The notes under the pieces are model-generated. The model saw only the letters and a list, made by a program, of their open reading frames with translations. It was not told the origin of the DNA and made no database searches. From assembly GCA_964016885.1 (NCBI GenBank), contig OZ024741.1:254820001-254884000 (forward strand): a stretch of DNA of 64,000 nucleotides, in the 5' to 3' direction. This DNA comes from Eledone cirrhosa. Taxonomy: Eukaryota. Shown in pieces: positions 42,001-55,100 of this stretch. Positions within the stretch are counted from its first letter, which is position 1; each line of letters opens with the position of its first letter. Position numbers and translations under genes: made by a program.

Positions 42001-42647
42001 GACTTACGAGTGTTTCGACTTACGAGTGTTTTGACTTACGAATGTTTTGACTTACGGGTGTTTCGGCTTACGAGTGTTTCGACTTACGAGTGTTTCGGCT
42101 TGCGAGTGTTTCGACTTACTAATGTTTTTACTTACGAGTGTTTCGGCGTACGAGTGTTTCGACTTACGAGTGTTTCGACTTACGGGTGTTTTGACTTACG
42201 GGTGTTTCGGCTTACGAGTGTTTCGACTTACGAGTGTTTTGACTTAAGGGTGTTTCGACTTACGAGTGTTTCGACTTAGGAGTGTTTTGACTTACGGGTG
42301 TTTTGACATACGAGTGTTCCGACTTACGAGTGTTCCGACTTACGAGTGTTTCGGCTTACGAATGTTTCGACTTACGAGTGTTTCGACTTACGAGTGTTCC
42401 GACTTACGGGTGTTTCGACTTACGAGTGTTTTGGCTTACGGTGTTTCGGCTTACGAGTGTTTCGAGTTACGAGTGTTTTGACTTACGCGTGTTTTGACAT
42501 ACGACTGTTTCGATACGAGTGTTCTGACTTACGAGTGTTCTGCCTTACGAGTGTTCTGACTTACGAGTGTTCTGACTTACGAGTGTTCCGACTTTACGAG
42601 TGTTTCGGCTCACGAGTGTTTCGGCTTACGAGTGTTTCGACTTACGA
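36012..42647 (+). repeat. Two tandem copies of a 3318-bp higher-order repeat (D' 2102 bp + A' 1216 bp)
   Basis: Linker spacings are 2102, 1216, 2102, 1216. ORF-track entries recur at exactly +3318 (36043/39361, 37256/40574, 38145/41463, 38948/42266). Confidence 0.93.
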
Positions 42648-43199
42648 AAATAACAAATAGACGCGGTTTCAAATCTCTATGCTTTTCAAATTCATTACAT
42701 TAATCTTTATTTATACGTTTCGCTTTACGAGTGTTTCGACTTACGAGTGTTTCGACATACGAGTGTTTCGGCTTACGAGTGTTTTGATTTACGAGTGTTT
42801 TGACTTACGGGTGCCTCGACTTACGCGTGTTTCGACTTACGAGTGTTTCGACTTACGAGTGTTTCGGCTTACGAGTGTTTTGACTTACGAATGTTTTGAC
42901 TTACGATTGTTTCGGCTTACGAGTGGTTCGACTTACGAGTGTTCTGACTACGAGTGTTCTGACTTACGGGTGTTCTGACTTACGAGTGTTCCGACTTACG
43001 AGTGTTTCGGCTTATGAGTGTTTCGACTTACGAGTGTTCTGACTACGAGTGTTTCGACTTACGAGTGTTCTGACTACGAGTGTTCTGACTTACGGGTGTT
43101 CTGACTTACGAGTGTTCCGACTTACGAGTGCTTCGACTTACGAGTGTTTCGGCTTACGGGTGTTTCGACTTACGAATGTTTTTGCTTACGAGTGTTTCG

Positions 43200-44400
43200 G
43201 CTTACGAGTGTTTCGGCTTATGAGTGTTTCGACTTACGAGTGTTTTGACTTACGGGTGTTTTGACATACGAGTGTTTCGATACGAGTGTTCTGACTTACG
43301 AGTGTTTCCGCTTACGAGTGTTTCGGCTTACGAGTGTTGCGACTTACTAATGTTTTTACTTACGAGTGTTTCGGTGTAAGAGTGTTTCGACTTAACGATG
43401 TTTCGACTTACGAGTGTTTCGACTTACGAGTGTTTCGACTTACGATTGTTCCGACTTACGAGTGTTTCGGCTTATGAGTGTTTCGACTTACGGGCGTTTC
43501 GACTTACGGGTGTTTCGACTTACGAGTGTTTCGGCTTATGAGTGTTTCGACTTACGAGTGTTTTGACTTACGGGTGTTTTGACATACGAGTGTTTCGATA
43601 CGAGTGTTCTGACTTACGAGTGTTTCCGCTTACGAGCGTTTCGGCTTACGAGTGTTTCGACTTACTAATGTTTTTACTTACGAGTGTTTCGGTGTAAGAG
43701 TGTTTCGACTTAACGATGTTTCGACTTACGAGTGTTTCGACTCACGAGTGTTTCGGCTTACGAGTGTTTCGGCTTATGAGTGTTTCGACTTACGAGTGTT
43801 TTGACTTACGGGTGTTTTGACATACGAGTGTTTCGATACGAGTGTTCTGACTTACGAGTGTTTCCGCTTACGAGTGTTTCGGCTTACGAGTGTTGCGACT
43901 TACTAATGTTTTTACTTACGAGTGTTTCGGTGTAAGAGTGTTTCGACTTAACGATGTTTCGACTTACGAGTGTTTCGACTTACGAGTGTTTCGACTTACG
44001 ATTGTTCCGACTTACGAGTGTTTCGGCTTATGAGTGTTTCGACTTACGGGCGTTTCGACTTACGGGTGTTTCGACTTACGAGTGTTTCGGCTTATGAGTG
44101 TTTCGACTTACGAGTGTCTTGACTTACGGGTGTTTTGACATACGAGTGTTTCGATACGAGTGTTCTGACTTACGAGTGTTTCCGCTTACGAGTGTTTCGG
44201 CTTACGAGTGTTTCGACTTACTAATGTTTTTACTTACGAGTGTTTCGGTGTAAGAGTGTTTCGACTTAACGATGTTTCGACTTACGAGTGTTTCGACTTA
44301 CGAGTGTTTCGACTTACGAGTGTTCCGACTTACGAGTGTTTCGGCTTATGAGTGTTTCGACTTACGGGCGTTTCGACTTACGGGTGTTTCGACTTACGAG
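43200..44400 (+). repeat. Internal 318/238-bp sub-repeat expanded to four copies within a D block
   Basis: The marker GGTGTAAGAGTGTTTCGACTTAACGATG occurs at 43373, 43691, 43929 and 44247 (spacings 318, 238, 318). Confidence 0.9.
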
Positions 44401-47400
44401 TGTTTTAACTTACGAGTGTTCTGACTTACGAGTGTTCTGACTTACGAGTGTTCCGACTTACGACTGTTTCGACTTACGAGTGTTTTGACTTACGAGTGTT
44501 CCGACTTACGAGTGTTTCGGCTTACGGGTGTTTCGACGTACGAGTATTTTTGGCTTACGAGTGTTCCGACTTACGAGTGTCTCGGCTTACGAGTGTTTCG
44601 GCTTACGAGTGTTTCGACTTACGAGTGTTTCGACTTACGAGTGTTCCGACTTACGGGTGTTTCGACTTACGAGTGTTTTGGCTTACGGTGTTTCGACTTA
44701 CGAGTGTTTCGGCTTACGAGTGTTTTGACTTAAGGGTGTTTCGACTTACGAGTGTTTCGATACGAGTGTTTCGACTTACGAGTGTTTCGGCTTACGAGTG
44801 TTTCGACTTACGAGTGTTTCGACTTACGAGTGTTCTGATTTACGGATGTTTCGACATACGAGTGTTTCGACTTACGAGTGTTTCGACTTACGAGTGTTTT
44901 GACTTACGTGTGTTTTGACATACGAGTGTTTCGACTTACGAGTGTTTCGACTTACGATTGTTCTGACTTACGATTGTACTGACTTACGAGCGTTCTGACT
45001 TACGAGTGTTTCGGCTTACGAGTGTTTCGGCTTACGAGTGTTTCGACTTACGAGTGTTTCGACTTACGAGTGTTCCGACTTACGGGTGTTTCGACTTACG
45101 AGTGTTTTAGCTTACGGTGTTTCGACTTACGAGTGTTTCGAGTTAAGAGTGTTTTGACTTACGCGTGTTTTGACATACGAGTGTTCTGACTTACGAGTGT
45201 TCTGACTTACGAGTGTTCTGACTTACGAGTGTTCTGACTTACGAGTGTTCCGACTTTACGAGTGTTTCGGCTCACGAGTGTTTCGGCTTACGAGTGTTTC
45301 CTCTTACGAAAATAACAAATAGACGCGGTTTCAAATCTCTATGCTTTTCAAATTCATTACATTAATCTTTATTCATACGTTTCGCTTTACGAGTGTTTCG
45401 ACTTACGAGTGTTTCGACATACGAGTGTTTCGACTTACGAATGTTTTTGCTTACGGGTGTTTCGACTTACGAATGTTTTTGCTTACGAGTGTTTCGGTTT
45501 ACGAGTGTTCCGACTTACGAGTGTTCCGACTTACGAGTGTTTCGGCTTACGAGTGTTTTCGGCTTACGAGTGTTTCGACTTACGAGTGTTTTGACTTACG
45601 GTGTTTCGGCTTACGAGTGATTAGACTTACGAGTGTTTTGACTTACGGGTGTTTTGACTTACGGGTGTTGTGAATTACGAGTGTTCCGATTTACGAGTGT
45701 TTTGACTTACGGTGTTTCGGCTTACAAGTGATTTGACTTACGAATGTTTTGACTTACGGGTGTTTCGGCTTGCGAGTATTTCGACTTACGAGTGTTTCGG
45801 CTTATGAGTGTTTCGACTTACTAATGTTTTTACTTACGAGTGTTTCGGCGTACGAGTGTTTTGACTTACGAGTGTTTCGACTTACGAGTGTTTTGACTTA
45901 CGAATGTTTTGACTTACGGGTGTTTCGGCTTACGAGTGTTTCGACTTACGAGTGTTTCGGCTTGCGAGTGTTTCGACTTACTAATGTTTTTACTTACGAG
46001 TGTTTCGGCGTACGAGTGTTTCGACTTACGAGTGTTTCGACTTACGGGTGTTTTGACTTACGGGTGTTTCGGCTTACGAGTGTTTCGACTTACGAGTGTT
46101 TTGACTTAAGGGTGTTTCGACTTACGAGTGTTTCGACTTACGAGTGTTTCGACTTACGGGTGTTTCGACTTACGAGTGTTCTGACTTACGAGTGTTCTGA
46201 TTTACGGATGTTTCGACACACGAGTGTTTCGAATTACGAGTGTTTCGACTTACAAGTGTTTTGGCTTACGGTGTTTCGGCTTACAAGTGTTTCGAGTTAC
46301 GAGTGTTTTGACTTACGCGTGTTTTGACATACGAGTGTTTCGATACGAGTGTTCTGACTTACGAGTGTTCTGACTTACGAGTGTTCTGACTTACGAGTGT
46401 TCCGACTTTACGAGTGTTTCGGCTCACGAGTGTTTCGGCTTACGAGTGTTTCGACTTACGAAAATAACAAATAGACGCGGTTTCAAATCTCTATGCTTTT
46501 CAAATTCATTACATTAATCTTTATTTATACGTTTCGCTTTACGAGTGTTTCGACTTACGAGTGTTTCGACATACGAGTGTTTCGGCTTACGAGTGTTTTG
46601 ATTTACGAGTGTTTTGACTTACGGGTGCTTCGACTTACGCGTGTTTCGACTTACGTGTGTTTCGACTTACGAGTGTTTCGACTTACGAGTGTTTCGGCTG
46701 GCGAGTGTTTCGACTTACGAGTGTTTTGACTTAAGGGTGTTTCGACTTACGAGTGTTTCGACTTACGAGTGTTTCGGCGTACGAGTGTTTTGACTTACGA
46801 GTGTTTCGACTTACGCGTGTTTTGACTTACGAATGTTTTGACTTACGGGTGTTTCGGCTTACGAGTGTTTCGACTTACGAGTGTTTCGGCTTACGAGTGT
46901 TTCGACTTACTAATGTTTTTACTTACGAGTGTTTCGGCGTACGAGTGTTTCGACTTACGAGTGTTTCGACTTACGGGTGTTTTGACTTACGGGTGTTTCG
47001 GCTTACGAGTGTTTCGACTTACGAGTGTTTCGACTTACGGGTGTTTCGATTACGAGTGTTTTGGCTTACGGTGTTTCGACTTACGAGTGTTTCGGCTTAC
47101 GAGTGTTTTGACTTAAGGGTGTTTCGACTTACGAGTGTTTCGATACGAGTGTTTCGACTTACGAGTGTTTCGGCTTACGAGTGTTTCGACTTACGAGTGT
47201 TTCGACTTACGAGTGTTCTGATTTACGGATGTTTCGACATACGAGTGTTTCGACTTACGAGTGTTTCGACTTACGAGTGTTCTGATTTACGATTGTTCTG
47301 ACTTACGAGCGTTCTGACTTACGAGTGTTTCGGCTTACGAGTGTTTCGGCTTACGAGTGTTTCGACTTACGAGTGTTTCGACTTACGAGTGTTCCGACTT

Positions 47401-48989
47401 ACGGGTGTTTCGACTTACGAGTGTTTTGGCTTACGGTGTTTCGATTTACGAGTGTTTCGAGTTAAGAGTGTTTTGACTTACGCGTGTTTTGACATACGAG
47501 TGTTCTGACTTACGAGTGTTCTGACTTACGAGTATTTTGACTTACGAGTGTTCTGACTTACGAGTGTTCTGACTTAAGAGTGTTCCGACTTTACGAGTGT
47601 TTCGGCTCACGAGTGTTTCGGCTTACGAGTGTTTCGACTTACGAAAATAACAAATAGACGCGGTTTCAAATCTCTATGCTTTTCAAATTCATTACATTAA
47701 TCTTTATTTATACGTTTCGCTTTACGTGTGTTTCGACTTACAAGTGTTTCGACATACGAGTGTTTCGACTTACGAATGTTTTTGCTTACGGGTGTTTCGA
47801 CTTACGAATGTTTTTGCTTACGAGTGTTTCGGTTTACGAGTGTTCCGACTTACGAGTGTTCCGACTTACGAGTGTTTCGGCTTACGAGTGTTTCCAGCTT
47901 ACGAGTGTTTCGACTTACGAGTGTTTCGACTTACGAGTGTTTCGAATTACGAGTGTTTCGACTTACGAGTGTTTTGACTTACGGGTGTTTTGACATACGA
48001 GTGTTTCGATACGAGTGTTTCGACTTACGAGTGTTCTGACTTACGAGTGTTCTGACTTACGAGTGTTCTGACTTACAAGTGTTCTTACTTACGAGTGTTC
48101 CGACTTACGAGTGTTCCGACTTACGAGTGTTTCGGCTTACGAATGTTTCGACTTACGAGTGTTTCGACTTACGAGTGTTCCGACTTACGGGTGTTTCGAC
48201 TTACGAGTGTTTTGGCTTACGGTGTTTCGGCTTACGAGTGTTTCGAGTTACGAGTGTTTTGACTTACGCGTGTTTTGACATACGAGTGTTTCGATACGAG
48301 TGTTCTGACTTACGAGTGTTCTGCCTTACAAGTGTTCTGACTTACGAGTGTTCTGACTTACGAGTGTTCCGACTTTACGAGTGTTTCGGCTCACGAGTGT
48401 TTCGGCTTACGAGTGTTTCGACTTACGAAAATAACAAATAGACGCGGTTTCAAATCTCTATGCTTTTCAAATTCATTACATTAATCTTTATTTATACGTT
48501 TCGCTTTACGAGTGTTTCGACTTACGAGTGTTTCGACATACGAGTGTATCGGCTTACGCGGCTTACGAGTGTTTTGATTTACGAGTGTTTTGACTTACGG
48601 GTGCTTCGACTTACGCGTGTTTCGACTTACGAGTGTTTCGACTTACGAGTGTTTCGGCTTACGAGTGTTTTGACTTACGAATGTTTTGACTTACGATTGT
48701 TTCGGCTTACGAGTGTTTCGACTTACGAGTGTTCTGACTACGAGTGTTCTGACTTACGGGTGTTCTGACTTACGAGTGTTCCGACTTACGAGTGTTTCGG
48801 CTTATGAGTGTTTCGACTTACGAGTGTTCTGACTACGAGTGTTTCGACTTACGAGTGTTCTGACTACGAGTGTTCTGACTTACGGGTGTTCTGACTTACG
48901 AGTGTTCCGACTTACGAGTGCTTCGACTTACGAGTGTTTCGGCTTACGGGTGTTTCGACTTACGAATGTTTTTGCTTACGAGTGTTTCG

Positions 48990-50190
48990 GCTTACGAGTG
49001 TTTCGGCTTATGAGTGTTTCGACTTACGAGTGTTTTGACTTACGGGTGTTTTGACATACGAGTGTTTCGATACGAGTGTTCTCACTTACGAGTGTTTCCG
49101 CTTACGAGTGTTTCGGCTTACGAGTGTTGCGACTTACTAATGTTTTTACTTACGAGTGTTTCGGTGTAAGAGTGTTTCGACTTAACGATGTTTCGACTTA
49201 CGAGTGTTTCGACTTACGAGTGTTTCGACTTACGATTGTTCCGACTTACGAGTGTTTCGGCTTATGAGTGTTTCGACTTACGGGCGTTTCGACTTACGGG
49301 TGTTTCGACTTACGAGTGTTTCGGCTTATGAGTGTTTCGACTTACGAGTGTTTTGACTTACGGGTGTTTTGACATACGAGTGTTTCGATACGAGTGTTCT
49401 GACTTACGAGTGTTTCCGCTTACGAGCGTTTCGGCTTACGAGTGTTTCGACTTACTAATGTTTTTACTTACGAGTGTTTCGGTGTAAGAGTGTTTCGACT
49501 TAACGATGTTTCGACTTACGAGTGTTTCGACTCACGAGTGTTTCGGCTTACGAGTGTTTCGGCTTATGAGTGTTTCGACTTACGAGTGTTTTGACTTACG
49601 GGTGTTTTGACATACGAGTGTTTCGATACGAGTGTTCTGACTTACGAGTGTTTCCGCTTACGAGTGTTTCGGCTTACGAGTGTTGCGACTTACTAATGTT
49701 TTTACTTACGAGTGTTTCGGTGTAAGAGTGTTTCGACTTAACGATGTTTCGACTTACGAGTGTTTCGACTTACGAGTGTTTCGACTTACGATTGTTCCGA
49801 CTTACGAGTGTTTCGGCTTATGAGTGTTTCGACTTACGGGCGTTTCGACTTACGGGTGTTTCGACTTACGAGTGTTTCGGCTTATGAGTATTTCGACTTA
49901 CGAGTGTCTTGACTTACGGGTGTTTTGACATACGAGTGTTTCGATACGAGTGTTCTGACTTACGAGTGTTTCCGCTTACGAGTGTTTCGGCTTACGAGTG
50001 TTTCGACTTACTAATGTTTTTACTTACGAGTGTTTCGGTGTAAGAGTGTTTCGACTTAACGATGTTTCGACTTACGAGTGTTTCGACTTACGAGTGTTTC
50101 GACTTACGAGTGTTCCGACTTACGAGTGTTTCGGCTTATGAGTGTTTCGACTTACGGGCGTTTCGACTTACGGGTGTTTCGACTTACGAG
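48990..50190 (+). repeat. Second four-copy 318/238-bp sub-repeat D block
   Basis: The same marker occurs at 49163, 49481, 49719 and 50037, i.e. +5790 from the previous set. Confidence 0.9.
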
Positions 50191-52137
50191 TGTTTTAACT
50201 TACGAGTGTTCTGACTTACGAGTGTTCTGACTTACGAGTGTTCCGACTTACGACTGTTTCGACTTACGAGTGTTTTGACTTACGAGTGTTCCGACTTACG
50301 AGTGTTTCGGCTTACGGGTGTTTCGACGTACGAGTATTTTTGGCTTACGAGTGTTCCGACTTACGAGTGTCTCGGCTTACGAGTGTTTCGGCTTACGAGT
50401 GTTTCGACTTACGAGTGTTTCGACTTACGAGTGTTCCGACTTACGGGTGTTTCGACTTACGAGTGTTTTGGCTTACGGTGTTTCGACTTACGAGTGTTTC
50501 GGCTTACGAGTGTTTTGACTTAAGGGTGTTTCGACTTACGAGTGTTTCGATACGAGTGTTTCGACTTACGAGTGTTTCGGCTTACGAGTGTTTCGACTTA
50601 CGAGTGTTTCGACTTACGAGTGTTCTGATTTACGGATGTTTCGACATACGAGTGTTTCGACTTACGAGTGTTTCGACTTACGAGTGTTTTGACTTACGTG
50701 TGTTTTGACATACGAGTGTTTCGATACGAGTGTTTCGACTTACGATTGTTCTGACTTACGATTGTACTGACTTACGAGCGTTCTGGCTTACGAGTGTTTC
50801 GGCTTACGAGTGTTTCGGCTTACGAGTGTTTCGACTTACGAGTGTTTCGACTTACGAGTGTTCCGACTTACGGGTGTTTCGACTTACGAGTGTTTTAGCT
50901 TACGGTGTTTAGACTTACGGGTGTTTCGAGTTAAGAGTGTTTTGACTTACGCGTGTTTTGACATACGAGTGTTCTGACTTACGAGTGTTCTGACTTACGA
51001 GTGTTCTGACTTACGAGTGTTCCGACTTTACGAGTGTTTCGGCTCACGAGTGTTTCGGCTTACGAGTGTTTCCTCTTACGAAAATAACAAATAGACGCGG
51101 TTTCAAATCTCTATGCTTTTCAAATTCATTACATTAATCTTTATTTATACGTTTCGCTTTACGAGTGTTTCGACTTACGAGTGTTTCGACATACGAGTGT
51201 TTCGACTTACGAACGTTTTTGCTTACGGGTGTTTCGACTTACGAATGTTTTTGCTTACGAGTGTTTCGGTTTACGAGTGTTCCGACTTACGAGTGTTCCG
51301 ACTTACGAGTGTTTCGGCTTACGAGTGTTTCCGGCTTACGAGTGTTTCGACTTACGAGTGTTTCGACTTACGAGTGTTTTGACTTACGGTGTTTCGGCTT
51401 ACGAGTGATTAGACTTACGAGTGTTTTGACTTACGGGTGTTTTGACTTACGGGTGTTGTGAATTACGAGTGTTCCGATTTACGAGTGTTTTGACTTACGG
51501 TGTTTCGGCTTACAAGTGATTCGACTTACGAATGTTTTGACTTACGGGTGTTTCGGCTTGCGAGTATTTCGACTTACGAGTGTTTCGGCTTATGAGTGTT
51601 TCGACTTACTAATGTTTTTACTTACGAGTGTTTCGGCGTACGAGTGTTTTGACTTACGAGTGTTTCGACTTACGAGTGTTTTGACTTACGAATGTTTTGA
51701 CTTACGGGTGTTTCGGCTTACGAGTGTTTCGACTTACGAGTGTTTCGGCTTGCGAGTGTTTCGACTTACTAATGTTTTTACTTACGAGTGTTTCGGCGTA
51801 CGAGTGTTTCGACTTACGAGTGTTTCGACTTACGGGTGTTTTGACTTACGAGTGTTCTGACTTACGAGTGTTCTGATTTACGGATGTTTCGACACACGAG
51901 TGTTTCGAATTACGAGTGTTTCGACTTACAAGTGTTTTGGCTTACGGTGTTTCGGCTTACAAGTGTTTCGAGTTACGAGTGTTTTGACTTACGCGTGTTT
52001 TGACATACGAGTGTTTCGATACGAGTGTTCTGACTTACGAGTGTTCTGACTTACGAGTGTTCTGACTTACGAGTGTTCCGACTTTACGAGTGTTTCGGCT
52101 CACGAGTGTTTCGGCTTACGAGTGTTTCGACTTACGA

Positions 52138-55100
52138 AAATAACAAATAGACGCGGTTTCAAATCTCTATGCTTTTCAAATTCATTACATTAATCTTTTT
52201 TTATACGTTTCGCTTTACGAGTGTTTCGACTTACGAGTGTTTCGACATACGAGTGTTTCGGCTTACGAGTGTTTTGATTTACGAGTGTTTTGACTTACGG
52301 GTGCTTCGACTTACGCGTGTTTCGACTTACGTGTGTTTCGACTTACGAGTGTGTCGACTTACGAGTGTTTCGGCTGGCGAGTGTTTCGACTTACGAGTGT
52401 TTTGACTTAAGGGTGTTTCGACTTACGAGTGTTTCGACTTACGAGTGTTTCGGCGTACGAGTGTTTTGACTTACGAGTGTTTCGACTTACGCGTGTTTTG
52501 ACTTACGAATGTTTTGACTTACGAGTGTTTCGGCTTGCGAGTGTTTCGACTTACTAATGTTTTTACTTACGAGTGTTTCGGCGTACGAGTGTTTCGACTT
52601 ACGAGTGTTTCGACTTACGGGTGTTTTGACTTACGGGTGTTTCGGCTTACGAGTGTTTCGACTTACGAGTGTTTTGACTTAAGGGTGTTTCGACTTACGA
52701 GTGTTTCGACTTAGGAGTAATTTGACTTACGGGTGTTTTGACATACGAGTGTTTCGATACGAGTGTTTCGACTTACGAGTGTTCTGACTTACGAGTGTTC
52801 TGACTTACGAGTGTTCTGACTTACAAGTGTTCTTACTTACGAGTGTTCCGACTTACGAGTGTTCCGACTTACGAGTGTTTCGGCTTACGAATGTTTCGAC
52901 TTACGAGTGTTTCGACTTACGAGTGTTCCGACTTACGGGTGTTTCGACTTACGAGTGTTTTGGCTTACGGTGTTTCGGCTTACGAGTGTTTCGAGTTACG
53001 AGTGTTTTGACTTACGCGTGTTTTGACATACGAGTGTTTCGATACGAGTGTTCTGACTTACGAGTGTTCTGCCTTACGAGTGTTCTGACTTACGAGTGTT
53101 CTGACTTACGAGTGTTCCGACTTTACGAGTGTTTCGGCTCACGAGTGTTTCGGCTTACGAGTGTTTCGACTTACGAAAATAACAAATAGACGCGGTTTCA
53201 AATCTCTATGCTTTTCAAATTCATTACATTAATCTTTATTTATACGTTTCGCTTTACGAGTGTTTCGACTTACGAGTGTTTCGACATACGAGTGTTTCGG
53301 CTTACGAGTGTTTTGATTTACCAGTGTTTTGACTTACGGGTGCTTCGACTTACGCGTGTTTCGAATTACGAGTGTTTCGACTTACGAGTGTTTCGGCTTA
53401 CGAGTGTTTTGACTTACGAATGTTTTGACTTACGATTGTTTCGGCTTACGAGTGTTTCGACTTACGAGTGTTCTGACTACGAGTGTTCTGACTTACGGGT
53501 GTTCTGACTTACGAGTGTTCCGACTTACGAGTGTTTCGGCTTATGAGTGTTTCGACTGACGAGTGTTCTGACTACGAGTGTTTCGACTTACGAGTGTTCT
53601 GACTACGAGTGTTCTGACTTACGGGTGTTCTGACTTACGAGTGTTCCGACTTACGAGTGCTTCGACTTACGAGTGTTTCGGCTTACGGGTGTTTCGACGT
53701 ACGAATGTTTTTGCTTACGAGTGTTTCGGCTTACGAGTGTTTCGGCTTATGAGTGTTTCGACTTACGAGTGTTTTGACTTACGGGTGTTTTGACATACGA
53801 GTGTTTCGATACGAGTGTTCTGACTTACGAGTGTTTCCGCTTACGAGTGTTTCGGCTTACGAGTGTTGCGACTTACTAATGTTTTTACTTACGAGTGTTT
53901 CGGTGTAAGAGTGTTTCGACTTAACGATGTTTTGACTTACGAGTGTTTCGACTTACGAGTGTTTCGACTTACGATTGTTCCGACTTACGAGTGTTTCGGC
54001 TTATGAGTGTTTCGACTTACGGGCGTTTCGACTTACGGGTGTTTCGACTTACGAGTGTTTAGGCTTATGAGTGTTTCGATTTACGAGTGTTTTGACTTAC
54101 GGGTGTTTTGACATACGAGTGTTTCGATACGAGTGTTCTGACTTACGAGTGTTTCCGCTTACGAGTGTTTCGGCTTACGAGTGTTTCGACTTACTAATGT
54201 TTTTACTTACGAGTGTTTCGGTGTAAGAGTGTTTCTACTTAACGATGTTTCGACTTACGAGTGTTTCGACTTACGAGTGTTTCGACTTACGAGTGTTCCG
54301 ACTTACGAGTGTTTCGGCATATGAGTGTTTCGACTTACGGGCGTTTCGACTTACGGGTGTTTCGACTTACGAGTGTTTTGACTTACGAGTATTCTGACTT
54401 ACCAGTGTTCTGACTTACGAGTGTTCCGACTTACGACTGTTTCGACTTACGAGTGTTTTGACTTACGAGTGTTCCGACTTACGAGTGTTTCGGCTTACGG
54501 GTGTTTCGACGTACGAGTATTTTTGGCTTACGAGTGTTCCGACTTACGAGTGTCTCGGCTTACGAGTGTTTCGGCTTACGAGTGTTTCGACTTACAAGTG
54601 TTTCGACTTACGAGTGTTCCGACTTACGTGTGTTTCGACTTACGAGTGTTTTGGCTTACGGTGTTTCGACTTACGAGTGTTTCGGCTTACGAGTGTTTTG
54701 ACTTAAGGGTGTTTCGACTTACGAGTGTTTCGATACGAGTGTTTCGACTTACGAGTGTTTCGGCTTACGAGTGTTTCGACTTACGAGTGTTTCGACTTAC
54801 GAGTGTTCTGATTTACGGATGTTTCGACATACGAGTGTTTCGACTTACGAGTGTTTCGACTTACGAGTGTTTTGACTTACGTGTGTTTTGACATACGAGT
54901 GTTTCGATACGAGTGTTTCGACTTACGATTGTTCTGACTTACGATTGTACTGACTTACGAGCGTTCTGACTTACGAGTGTTTCGGCTTACGAGTGTTTCG
55001 GCTTACAAGTGTTCTTACTTACGAGTGTTCCGACTTACGGGTGTTTCGACTTACGAGTGTTTTGGCTTACGGTGTTATGGCTTACGAGTGTTTCGAGTTA

